A DNA stretch of 63,965 nt, the filler included, from Lenisia limosa (Eukaryota > Protista > Breviatea): assembly GCA_001655205.1 (NCBI GenBank). It is 10 parts of 10 records of this genome, joined end to end, with 100 filler letters (N's around TTAATTAATTAA, not from the genome) between each part and the next. Parts side by side here need not be neighbours in the genome. Positions count along the whole stretch, not along the records: positions 27,654 to 46,444 come from LPNZ01009089.1; positions 46,545 to 51,055 come from LPNZ01011625.1; 8 more parts are not named here. One strand, given 5' to 3'. The first letter of the stretch is position 1. Each line of letters starts with the position of its first letter. Positions 38,301 to 49,450 of the stretch are shown in pieces. The position numbers and the translations under genes were made by a program. The notes under the pieces are model-generated. The model did no database searches, had not been told where the DNA came from, and saw nothing but the letters and a program-made list of their open reading frames with translations.

Positions 38301-39331
38301 CCTAAGCATCAAATTATCCCAACCTCAGGAATGATCACGTCGTCTTGTGTCATAACAATATCTTCTAAAGTAGTGAGAACCCAGTTTATTGAATCATTTT
38401 ACTTCTATAAAAAAACCTCAGCAAAACTAGCAAGCCAGTCGAACCTTGTGGAAGTACGTAGTTGGCAAGCTCAAGTCCGTCATCAAGAGGGGGGACAAAG
38501 TCGTCCTGAACACCAAGAAGGGCTCTCATGATGTCACTTTTTGTCACCTCAACTGAGACACTGCTGTGTTAAAATGACTTTATTATTATTATTATTATTT
38601 GGGGGGGGGGGGGNNNNNNNNNNNNNNNNNNNNNNNNNNNNNNNNNNNNNNNNNNNNNNNNNNNNNNNNNNNNNNNNNNNNNNNNNNNNNNNTTGAATGT
38701 AAACACAATAAAAAGACAAACTACCTCAACGCCTACAGCATCATACAAATCCCTCGGGGAGATATTCCATGTATGAACAGAGTGATAGAATATTCGTGTA
38801 CACAAAAAGTTGCCCCTTTCCTCCTTCCCCACAAACTTGTCTTTCTGGGACTTTTCGGGAAGATCAACCAACCCAGGGCGAAATGCAAGTCTAACCTTAA
38901 CAAGCACATTATTACAATCGCCTGAGAGTGAGTCTGATCAAGGCAAGGAAACCCTTACTTGAGAACTGAGAAACCTGAGCATGGTAGCACCTGGTTACTC
39001 CAAACATAAGATGGGAGGAAACACGAAGAGAAAGGGTCACAGGAGGATTCAGGATCGTCTTACTAAAAAAATATGAAAACAACAAGTGGGTTTCTCTTTG
39101 TACATCTTCATATAATGATCTTAAACACTCATTCCAATCATAAAACCATGAGCACCAACCATTTTTTCCCAATATCCATTTCACGAATCACTCTTCTTGG
39201 TATTTTCTGCGTTTCTGAGGTTCCAGCCATCCTAAGAACGAGGTTAGAACGAACTCAAAAAGAGCGCGCCAAGCTTACCATACTTCACCCAAGGCTGTCT
39301 TCTTGGACAAAATGCTCACAGAGTAAAACAT
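35313..39331 (-). CDS. RAD21/REC8: Cohesin kleisin of the Rad21/Rec8 family (Rec8/SYN1-like N-terminus)
   Basis: MFYSVSILSKKTALGEVWMAG..LNPPVTLSLRVSSHLMFGVTRCY (Rad21_Rec8_N); C-terminal winged helix SRMSAARAFYRILALQ|TNSNISVEQKELYGPISISRGPHFE*. Confidence 0.9.
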
Positions 39332-39574
39332 TTTGTTTCTCTTTATTGAATCATCAACTATAAATCCGAAATCACGCAAAAGAGACCCAAAAAAATCTGT
39401 CAGATGACTTAGACAGATTTCTGTGTCACACTTTTTGGGAGTTACGATATTAGAAATGCTATCCCCGCCAAAAAATTTGAAATTTGTGCTTTAGTGATTT
39501 ACGTGTTTTTAGAAATAAAATAAACTTAAATTATATCGATATTTGAAAGGATAAATTCCAAGAAAGTCAGCATA

Positions 39575-41049
39575 ATGAGCAAATCACAAGGTTTGGCACA
39601 TTCAAGGATTGTCTTGTTACCTTCTTAGGATTGAGAAGACTGATGAGGGAGTATAAAGGTAATCTGATTTGCATGGCCTTGATTTTTAACCTTCCATTTC
39701 AGACATCACAATGAACCCAACAGATGGCATTGTTGCTGGACCAATTGATGAAAAAAACTTTTTCCTTTGGGAGGCAACCATTGAGTAAGCAAGTTAAATG
39801 CTGTTTAGGCTTTAGAAAGGAGTTATTTAGTGAAAGAATTTTGTCACCATCCTTCTTTCCCAGCCTTTCCCAACTCCAAATCTTCGTCTTCTAGTCACAC
39901 TACACAACTGCGCATCGACTTGGGATTCTTATGAAAAAGTCAGGTTTCCCATTATATACGTGGGAATCTCCTGGAATTTTGTAAATCTGAAGAAATTTAT
40001 GAGATTCCCAAATACAACATGGGAATCCCAAGCCGATGTGTACCTGTCAATTATTTTTTTTATTTGAAGTGACGTTCCTGTAATTATAGCAAACCTGTTG
40101 CTTCAGTTGATACTTTTAGAGGACCTACAGAAACACCATATGAAGGAGGTTGCTTTACTGCAATCCTTACTTTTCCCAATGATTACCCAATTTCCCCACC
40201 AGAGATGAAATTCACGTCAAAAATGTGGCATCCTAACAGTNNNNNNNNNNNNNNNNNNNNNNNNNNNNNNNNNNNNNNNNNNNNNNNNNNNNNNNNNNNN
40301 NNNNNNNNNNNNNNNNNNNNNNNNNNNNNNNNNNNNNNNNNNNNNNNNNNNNNNNNNNNNNNNNNNNNNNNNNNNNNNNNNNNNNNNNNNNNNNNNNNNN
40401 NNNNNNNNNNNNNNNNNNNNNNNNNNNNNNNNNNNNNNNNNNNNNNNNNNNNNNNNNNNNNNNNNNNNNNNNNNNNNNNNNNNNNNNNNNNNNNNNNNNN
40501 NNATGCATCTCAATTCTCCACCCTCCTGGTGATGATGAGTTCGGCTATGAGCTTGGTATGAGGGGCTTTTTCTTGATGTCAAATTGCCTATGAATAATGG
40601 AGGCCAGTGAACACTACTCTCTCCTTCCCTACTCTTTTGCCGTTTATTCCGCAGCCTCTGAACGCTGGAGCCCAGTGCAGAGCGTTGAAAAAATCCTCAT
40701 CTCAGTGCTGTCCATGCTTGGTTGGTCTGTATCTGGGTTATTATTACATCTGAAATCCCTCATCTAAGGGTGGACTTTGGGCGCAATTTTGATTCATTGT
40801 TGCTAACTGTCACTTTTAATATCCAATTGAATTAAAATGGAGGCGTTTATAACCGATCTGTTCATTGTTATTATCTCCATATTATCACACTTACTACAAT
40901 GCATGACTAACATATGTCAAGTCTAACAACACACAGCGGAGCCAAACCCGGAGAGTGGAGCCAACATCGACGCTTCAAAACAGTTCAGAGACGATGAGGC
41001 TGGATTCAACAAGAAGGTCATGAAGACTGTCCAGCTCTCTCTCATCTAA
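39575..41049 (+). CDS. UBE2G2: Ubiquitin-conjugating enzyme E2 G2 / Ubc7 (ERAD E2)
   Basis: [90 protein letters not shown]. Confidence 0.95.
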
Positions 41050-41199
41050 TGTTTCGTTTCCTCATTTTCTTGTATTTCTTTTAAAATTATAAATTTTTCC
41101 TTGGTAATTTAGGGTCATAACCCAATACTCATTCCATTATCATAGAAGGGTATCGGAAAAATTGGCATGTATATGAATATACGCACCACGCCAGTGAAA

Positions 41200-41720
41200 T
41201 CTCATAACTAAGTTAAATTGAGAAGGCGCCTCAAACATGTAAAGGACATCCTGGAATCCGCCGTAAGCAGGACCTCGGTGAAAACATACAAACGCTGCGA
41301 GGAAGTGATAACGAAACCACTTCCCAATTCAGAAGGTAGTTTATCATTGTTAAGGTAACATTATACAAAGTTTTGAGGTTGAATTATGGTTGGCCTACAT
41401 CTCCCCGCGCATGAAGGAAAGACAGAGAAAGAAATGGAGCAGAGCCCACGTCTCGTGGAAAACCATCTTGTAACTGTCTTGACTACATGTTAGCTTGATG
41501 TTAGCGGCTGGGAAGTACCTCCTGGGACAGCTGGAAGTACTGGGGAACTGGGGAAGTAAAGAACTGGTAAAGAGGTAAAGAAGTAAAGAACGTACCATTG
41601 ACGTACCACAGCCCTGCCACAATCAGGTGAGAGGGAGAATGTAAATACTTGGTAAATACTCCACCAAATACCGAAAAGAGTAATAAAGATCACTTAGCTA
41701 CAAAGAAAGTGGTAGTAGGC
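41200..41720 (-). CDS. Possible small unrecognised spliced gene
   Basis: Minus-strand donors GTATTT/GTACGT/GTAGGC and a GCTAAC...GCTAAC-ATGTAG branch/acceptor; frame ambiguous, no family recognised. Confidence 0.25.
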
Positions 41721-41907
41721 AAAGGATGGCATGAAAAATCTACAAAAGTTAAGATGTTCTGAAAACACATGATGGAAACTTGCAATTCAGCTTTCTGAAA
41801 TGATTAAACTGTATGAATAATTGCATAAATTCAATAGCAATGCCAATTTTGCGTTTTTTACAAAAAAAACTATTATCGGAAGACAATTTGAGTGCTCCCA
41901 TTTTCGT

Positions 41908-41989
41908 GGCTAGATGGCCGAGTGGTTAAGGCGACAGACTTGAAATCTGTTGGGCTCTGCCCGCGTAGGTTCAAACCCTGCTCTAGTCG
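41908..41989 (+). tRNA. trnS-UGA: tRNA-Ser (anticodon UGA), intronless, long variable arm
   Basis: Acceptor GGCTAGA/TCTAGTC plus G discriminator, D arm TGGCCGAGTGGTTAAGGC, anticodon stem ACAGA-CTTGAAA-TCTGT, variable arm GGGCTCTGCCC, T loop GGTTCAAACC. Confidence 0.97.
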
Positions 41990-41990
41990 A

Positions 41991-41997
41991 TTTTTTT
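41991..41997 (+). terminator. RNA polymerase III oligo-T terminator
   Basis: T7 run immediately after the tRNA 3' end. Confidence 0.75.
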
Positions 41998-42066
41998 ACT
42001 TTTTTCTTGTGCCTTTTAATTTTTTCAGCCATTTGGTCGTATTTTCATTATTTATATTTTTTGAAG

Positions 42067-44539
42067 ATGGGTGCACTTTTATCTAAAATTAAAAAGATCC
42101 TTGGAAAGAAAGAAAAGAAGTCCGATTCTCAGCTCCAGGAGTCTCAGGTATGTGTGCTTGATGCACTTGTTATGTGTTTATTTTAATGGTTAAGCTTTGG
42201 AAATTCACTATATTGCGAATTTCTGAATTTCTTTGAACCCTTTGTAAAGAGCAGGTTACGTGGCTATCTACAGATTTCCCAAATTGATTGTTCAGGAAAG
42301 CACTGCTCCTTCGTCTTCTTCACCTCAAACTACGCAAAGAAAGAAGAAGGTTGCCCCAGTTTGCCCCGTCCCTCACGCTGAGAATGAGGATGTAATCTGC
42401 ATCCAAAGGAAGCATGTCAGTGGGGGATTGCATTTTTTCTCTTTTAGATATGGGGATGAATAGGAAATATGTAATGTCTATCTAATTCCAGTACTAGCAT
42501 AATCCAGTTTCCTTTTGGATGCTTTTGACGCTCCAGGTCGGAGTGGTGATTGGTCCCAAGGGCGCCAACATCAAGGATGCGCAGGAGAAGTCCAAGGCTA
42601 GCATCAACGTCAAAGAGGACGAGACTGACTCCGACGAGAAGAACGTTTGGATCACTGGTGGGTCATGCCGTTATGTTGGATATGACCTGGCTTTTGTGGT
42701 TTCTTTTTTCAGCCCTCCTGAACTTGCGTGTATGTTGTGTACTTTTGTGTTGAGTTACTCAGTACTATTTGCTGACTTTCTCCAGGGTCAGATGAGGAAC
42801 GCAAGGTTGCCCGCATCCTGATTGGTCAGAAGGTCGAGGAGTTCACCAACGGTCCCCTCATTGAACGCTTTGGTTGGCTTGGGTAGAACTTGTCAGTGTC
42901 AATGATGGGCGTTCTCGCCATCATCCTTCTCACGCGTGTAGAGCTCGTGACCCGTGACGTTGTTGTTGACAAGGAGTATCAGTCTCTTGTAGTTGGCAAG
43001 GGCGGCTCTACGATCAAGGAGATCCGCGAGTCTGTGCCGGGCCTGGATATCGAGATGCCTAAGGGCGATGACAACCCAATCGTGGTTATTGGAAGTGGGC
43101 TGTTTGACATCTCCAATATTGCTATATTATTGCCAATTTTCTCTTCCTCTGCTTTTATCTGGGTTTTAATGAATATCCTATACTTGTCCAACAGTTCACT
43201 TTTCAGCTGAGGAGATGTGTGACATTGGTGAAGAAATGATCCTCAATGTTGTACAAAAGGTCTGCCCCCCCCCCTCTTTTACCCATTTAAGGGCTATAAT
43301 TTGATTTGCCCGACATTGTATACATATTCAGGCTGTTTTCCCTAACATAACATCCAGCATTCCGTTTGACAGTCCAGGTTTCCAGCAATGTGGAGGGCCG
43401 CAACGAGCTCTTCGAGAAGACCCAGGCTGAGGTGGACAGGACTGGGTGGAATCAGCTCAGATACTTCATTTCTTTCTTATGCTCCTTATTGGGGTGCTTT
43501 TGATCTGTCACCCCAGGTTTCTTTTTGATTTGATGGCTCAGTAATAACTTTTCTTAATTACAAATTTGGCTTCGCTTTTGTACTCATTCATTTCGATTAT
43601 TCACCCCCCCCCCCAGGTTTCTCGTCTTGCCAAACTGAGACAGGAGAAGTTCAGTGCTGCCAACAAGGCGTTTGCTGAAGGCGACAAGGAGAAAGCTAAG
43701 CAGCTCTCGGAGGAGGGGTGAGAGGGCCAGGTCTTGTACGTAATAGCCCCTTCCATGTTTTTGTGGAGTTTCAGAATGCTGTTGCGTGTCATCGGGGTTT
43801 TTTCTAGTTTTATCGGGTATTGCTAGTTTTTTTTTTTTCTTTGGTTGGGGTTTCAGATTTTTACTTTTACGGCAAATCATAGTATTTCATTTGCCACCTC
43901 AGTAACAAGCTGAGTGGAGACATTGAAGAGGCCCGTCTACACAGTGCAGAAGTAGTCTTTGATCACGTCAACAAGGACAGGAAAGTCCTTCCCACTGAGG
44001 ATGGCGAGACTATCGTGAGAGGGCTTGAATCTGCTGCAGTTCAATAGGCCATGTAACGGTGTAGGATATTGACCTTCACGGACTCCAAGTGGACCAGGCT
44101 GTTGCCATTACTCTCAAGAGGGCCTCTTTGATGATGGACGAGATGAAGAGCAAGGGTGAGCATGCGGGATAGACAATTTCAATCTAATTGCGACAGCAGT
44201 TTTATGTTTATTATTAAGTCGCATGATATTTGACTCACCCCGTCGCAGGATTCAAGACCATTGTGTACAAGGTCANNNNNNNNNNNNNNNNNNNNNNNNN
44301 NNNNNNNNNNNNNNNNNNNNNNNNNNNNNNNNNNNNNNNNNNNNNNNNNNNNNNNNNNNNNNNNNNNNNNNNNNNNNNNNNNNNNNNNNNNNNNNNNNNN
44401 NNNNNNNNNNNNNNNNNNNNNNNNNNNNNAATCTCTTGTAACATGCACGTCTTATCCATTGAAGGAGGAACTTGAGGTTATCGCGCCACCTGTTGATGAC
44501 AGTGATGTCGGCGCCATGATTGTCACACTCAAGGCCTAG
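42067..44539 (+). CDS. Predicted N-myristoylated 2xKH - DUF1771 - Smr domain protein (putative RNA endonuclease)
   Basis: MGALLSKIKKILGKKEKK; KH1 VGVVIGPKGANIKDAQEKSKASINV; KH2 YQSLVVGKGGSTIKEIRES; DUF1771-like EKFSAANKAFAEGDKEKAKQLSEEG..AEVVFDHVN; Smr DIDLHGLQVDQAV; part of Smr falls in an N gap. Confidence 0.85.
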
Positions 44540-44831
44540 GTCCCTCGCAGGGTGTTAGAAGTAGTAGTAGTATTAGTAGTAGTTAGTTTGTAGTTCCTTT
44601 TTCTTCTATGTAATGACAGTCCTTGTTTAGATGCTGGGTCAGGAGCCAGCAATGGAAAAGAATTGGATATTTGCCAAAGGAAGTATATTGCTTCTAGCTT
44701 AAAATTATGCACGGATAGTACCACTCCAATTGTACAGGGAACCCAAGAATAAATAAACACATACCATTATTATACTGAAATAAAGAAACAACAACACTAG
44801 TATACAAACATAATAAACATAACGCCAGTAG

Positions 44832-46444
44832 CTAACCAGAAGTTAGCGATGATGCCCTACTCCTCGGTGTCTTGCGTACACTTGATGACCGCAAACGTCG
44901 GGCTTGGATGTGAGAATAATTGCTATTTGGGAGTGTTGGAGGTGACATCACGCATGGCTCACTTTTAGTTGGTGGACTGAGGGGAGCGGAAGGAGACAAT
45001 ATGGGCGACGTCAGCTGGGCGCGCGGACTTGTGGGTGCTATGTTGTCAGACAGAGTCTTGAAAACGATATGACCCGAAACTCTACACCGCCTACCTGACG
45101 CGGCGATGGGGGCCATAACCGGACTGGTCAGCCGCGATGGTGGCGTACTCTGAAAAGGGATAAGTTTCATGTAAGCATTGTATGCGATGTAAAAAACTGA
45201 CCCCCCACAGCGCTTGCAGCTGGTTTGCGAAGGACGGCAGATGCGGAGGACTGCAGAGTGGGTGTGACTGGATGGCTTGGTAAGACCGCTGCGGAATGGT
45301 GAAGTGACCCAGCCACAATGACGGACATGCTGGGCGACCGAACTGTCGGCACTGGTCCGGCCCGGCTTGATGCCACTGTAAACGACGGCCCCGGTACCTG
45401 TGGCGAGGTCAAATATATTATATCATAAAAGAAAATTCAGCAATCAAACAGACAAGGATTGCAATAAACAAAGGAGTTTGATTAGTTGAGACATGATATA
45501 GTTGAGACATGATATGGCGATGTTTGATTAGTTGAGACATGATATGGCGATGTTTGATTAGTCGGGACATGATATGGCGATGTTTGATTAGTTGGGACAT
45601 GATATGGCGATGTTTGATTAGTTGGGACATGATATGGCGATGTTTGATTAGTCGAGACATGATATGGCGATGTTTGATTAGTTGGGACATGATATGGCGA
45701 TGTTTGATTAGTTGGGACATGATACGGCGATGTTTGATTAGTTGACATACATCGTTCCGGATCGGAAGGATAGTCCTTGAAGACGTGGCAGGGACCGGAG
45801 CCGAGAGGGTGGATAGGGAGCTGAGTAGATTCTGACAGTTGTTCAGAAGAGGCCACTCCAAGTCGAAGGGAGGCCTGTCCACTATCGAATACTGACTGGA
45901 TGCCTCGATTCTCCGGTCAGGTTTGAAGGCACCACCTGTTTTGTAAAAACGGTCACTCTTCACCAGCTGATGGAGTCCCTTACCCCCATCATACCATGTA
46001 CATGGCGGTTTAGTTTTGCCCAGAGAGACTGTGTGCGTCGAGAGGGGCCTTTTTGCTTGGTCAGTCGCTTGCGGGGCTAAAACCGTGAGGTTGGAAGTGA
46101 CTGGATTGCCATTATTTAGTACTGAGGGAAGACTGGGGAAATGTCAGTCTCGATGAAATAAAACGAAGCCCCTATCAGTGACCAATCAACTGCTTTGGAT
46201 CTGAGCTAACAAGAACATTATACTCGAGAACTACCGATAATAAGTTGGTATCAGAACAGAGCCGACCAACCTTAGGTCTCCGGCTTGGAAAAGGTGATAC
46301 TGGCGTGGCTGGCGTGGCCGGGGTGGAGGGGGTGGACGTGGCTCCTTCATCTTCTTCATCCTTGCGTCCGAAGAAGCTGAGCGCGAAGCGTCGGGCAGTC
46401 CGCGGGTTGGACGAAGAGGGTTTCTGCACACATGCCGGGATGTT
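44832..46444 (-). CDS. Ser/Pro/Thr-rich disordered protein, 5'-truncated
   Basis: GT-AG bounded exons, e.g. ALSFFGRKDEEDEGATSTPSTPATPATPVSPF and VPGPSFTVASSRAGPVPTVRSPS; ends SLTSG*. Confidence 0.5.
45476..45750. repeat. 30-nt minisatellite, about 9 units, intronic
   Basis: Unit GATGTTTGATTAGTYGRGACATGATATGGC; lies within the minus-strand intron 45398-45750 (GTATGT...CACAG). Confidence 0.95.
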
Positions 46445-46544
46445 NNNNNNNNNNNNNNNNNNNNNNNNNNNNNNNNNNNNNNNNNNNNTTAATTAATTAA
46501 NNNNNNNNNNNNNNNNNNNNNNNNNNNNNNNNNNNNNNNNNNNN
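46445..46544. other. Artificial contig-joining spacer 2
   Basis: Same 100-nt linker. Confidence 0.97.
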
Positions 46545-46644
46545 CAATGCTGGGACCAAAAAAAAAAACAGACACCTATCCATCAGGTCCAAAACAACTG
46601 GTTGGGAAGGTGTGATGAGCACACACATATTCCATCATACCTGG

Positions 46645-49096
46645 ATGGACTTCATCACTTCGGCCTCCCAGACCAGCTTATGGGCATGCAGCACTGAGGG
46701 GCGTGCCAACTGCGGAGTCAGTCATANNNNNNNNNNNNNNNNNNNNNNNNNNNNNNNNNNNNNNNNNNNNNNNNNNNNNNNNNNNNNNNNNNNNNNNNNN
46801 NNNNNNNNNNNNNNNNNNNNNNNNNNNNNNNNNNNNNNNNNNNNNNNNNNNNNNNNNNNNNNNNNNNNNNNNNNNNNNNNNNNNNNNNNNNNNNNNNNNN
46901 NNNNNNNTTTTGAACTGAGGTGAAGCTGACGCAAAAGTTATTTTAAGAGTATCTCTGAATAAGTTCTTCACCGTAGCTCAGGACTCACTCTCATCTGTAT
47001 AACAACAACCCTCCCTGATGATATATATACAAATATGTACCAGTATGTCTGCAAAATGCTTGCTATGAAACAGACCTTGATGGCAACTTCGCGTTTGGAG
47101 CTTTTGACCTTGCCAATCATTACAACTCCGGCATTGCCCTCTCCAACTGGCTTCGTTTTACACTGCAAGGGTGAATTAATACAAAGTGCGGATGGAGGAG
47201 GCAATGTGCGATATTAAACGAAAGCCGAGGAATGCAACTGCCATGAGATTAAGCACCAATGTCAGCGCCCTACACCCACAGTCCATCCTTTGGAGTGTTC
47301 CTCAGTGATTGGGAAGAGTTTGTTGACTTGAGAACTGGCTGGAGCGACACTAGACACCTGGTAGGGATGATGGGAGGATATGAAATTGCAAAAGGTTTGA
47401 TTGAAAAAGTTAAAATTAACTCAAAATAGGGGGAAAGGTCAAATTCTTTTAGCTAATGGAGGGAAACACTTGAATCAGCAGTACTGCATTCCATGATACC
47501 TTGATCATGATATCTTATTGGCCCCGTTTGTTTTTTCCTAATAAACCTTGTCAAGATGGCGTTGCATAACCCCATATTTACCCCCTGTTTTTGTGTTTTT
47601 GTCATCTGGCTTTTGTTAGGTTTTAGCGTTGGTAGCTCGTGGTTGTTATTGCTTGTTTTTGTTTTTTTGTTTGTTTGGAGTTTCAGATTATTTGTTTCGT
47701 GATTAGTACTTTTACGCCAATAATCTTCATCGAAATTTCCTTTATTTTACCCCCCCCCCCNNNNNNNNNNNNNNNNNNNNNNNNNNNNNNNNNNNNNNNN
47801 NNNNNNNNNNNNNNNNNNNNNNNNNNNNNNNNNNNNNNNNNNNNNNNNNNNNNNNNNNNNNNNNNNNNNNNNNNNNNNNNNNNCCAGATACTCCCATGTC
47901 GGCTTGTACTGTGGGGTTGAGAGAGTGGGAGGGGGTGGAGGGTGAGTCAATTAAGGCAAACATTTTACTACATCACAAATACCATATCATATACCTTCTA
48001 TATGACCAAAAAAGACTATTGCTATTGATCGGTAGCCGAAATAAAGTTGACAATAATCGCTATTTTCTAAGACTGTTGTTTTGTGTTTTTGTAACAAAGA
48101 AAGCAACCCCCCCCCCCATCGTACTTTCACTTTGCTGTCAGTTTCAGACCAGAAAACTGTCCCATCTGGCGCCCTGTATTGCCTATGGAGGTTAGGAAAG
48201 ACATGGTGGAAGGAGATCGGCTATATCACACACTCCCCACGCTGCTGCGAATTGTAGCCAGCGATTGATGCGGTCCTCGCGAAGGAGGTTAACTTCCTCA
48301 CTTAGTACGCGCCCAGCCTATGGGGANNNNNNNNNNNNNNNNNNNNNNNNNNNNNNNNNNNNNNNNNNNNNNNNNNNNNNNNNNNNNNNNNNNNNNNNNN
48401 NNNNNNNNNNNNNNNNNNNNNNNNNNNNNNNNNNNNNNNNNNNNNNNNNNNNNNNNNNNNNNNNNNNNNNNNNNNNNNNNNNNNNNNNNNNNNNNNNNNN
48501 NNNNNNNNNNNNNNNNNNNNNNNNNNNNNNNNNNNNNNNNNNNNNNNGAAGTTATTTATGGTTATATTCATGTTAGGTGGGGGTACATTGTGGTGCGGGG
48601 TTTTAACGAGTCGTTGTTGGGCAAACCCCCGATAAACTCAAGAGAGTGATAGTATTAACTTGATTGTAAAAAAATAATAATCAAAATACAAGCATTAGTA
48701 TAACCCGGAGGATGGATGAAGTCAATAATTCCATTCTAAACAAATGTTTAACAGTAGTCTCTTTTTGAAGTATAGAACAGAACTTGGGGGTTGAGTTGAA
48801 ATTGAAATTATCAGGTAAGAAGGGAAAAGTTGAGACTTTCAATCGATTTTGCGAGTTAACATACACTTTCATATGCATTTTGTATTATTAGCCAGCCATT
48901 CAGCCTGAAGTTCGATAGGGACGTAATAGACTGCCTTGAACTTACCTTTGCATTGGAGCCAATCGGACTATCTTCCTCCAAGACCTTGACAAACTCTGGT
49001 GGCGGCGTTGAGTCAGGCTCAAGAGTCAAATTGGAAACTAAAGACGGGGGAGCAGTGAGGAAGGGGGCTATAGGAAAGGCGCTTACAGAAAACCAT
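46645..49096 (-). CDS. STE20/PAK-like Ser/Thr kinase, 3'-truncated
   Basis: KPVGEGNAGVVMIGKVKSSKREVAIK|MR.. and HKLVWEAEVMKSIQ (helix C); linkage of the upstream exons (start MVFSPFLTAPPS) to the kinase is inferred. Confidence 0.65.
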
Positions 49097-49450
49097 CTCG
49101 GTAGAGCGCTACTTCTTTGTACAGATTTTATTCAGTCATAATAGTAGTGAAAACAACGCCAAGAAAGATAACCGACACCTGGTTATTGAAAATCTCTGAT
49201 CTTGGGAAAGAATTTCTCGTATTCTCTATCACTCTTTGGTTTCTACTGAGAAATTTAGTATTATAGATGGTGGTACAGACGAAAATTATGAAAATTGAAC
49301 AAAATTGGAGGGTATTGTGATCAGGTGATCTAACTGGATGGTCGTACTTCACTTGTGTGCAAGTTCTAGTTTCCTGTCGCCAGTGGTGCGCATCCCACAG
49401 AGTACCTTTGAAAATATATAGTTACAGGAGTTTAGCCAAGACACATAAAG

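Noticed and set aside
41908-41989. tRNA-Sec or UGA suppressor tRNA
   Set aside because: The anticodon is 5'-UGA-3', which reads UCA (Ser); acceptor and T stems are canonical 7/5.
39575-44539. Functional cluster of Ubc7 (ERAD), tRNA and Smr nuclease as a quality-control operon
   Set aside because: Adjacency in a gene-dense eukaryotic genome is not evidence of co-function without synteny or co-expression data.
45476-45750. 30-nt repeats as a CRISPR array or repetitive protein
   Set aside because: Units are contiguous with no unique spacers, the context is eukaryotic, and the array lies between a GTATGT donor and a CACAG acceptor, so it is most simply intronic.
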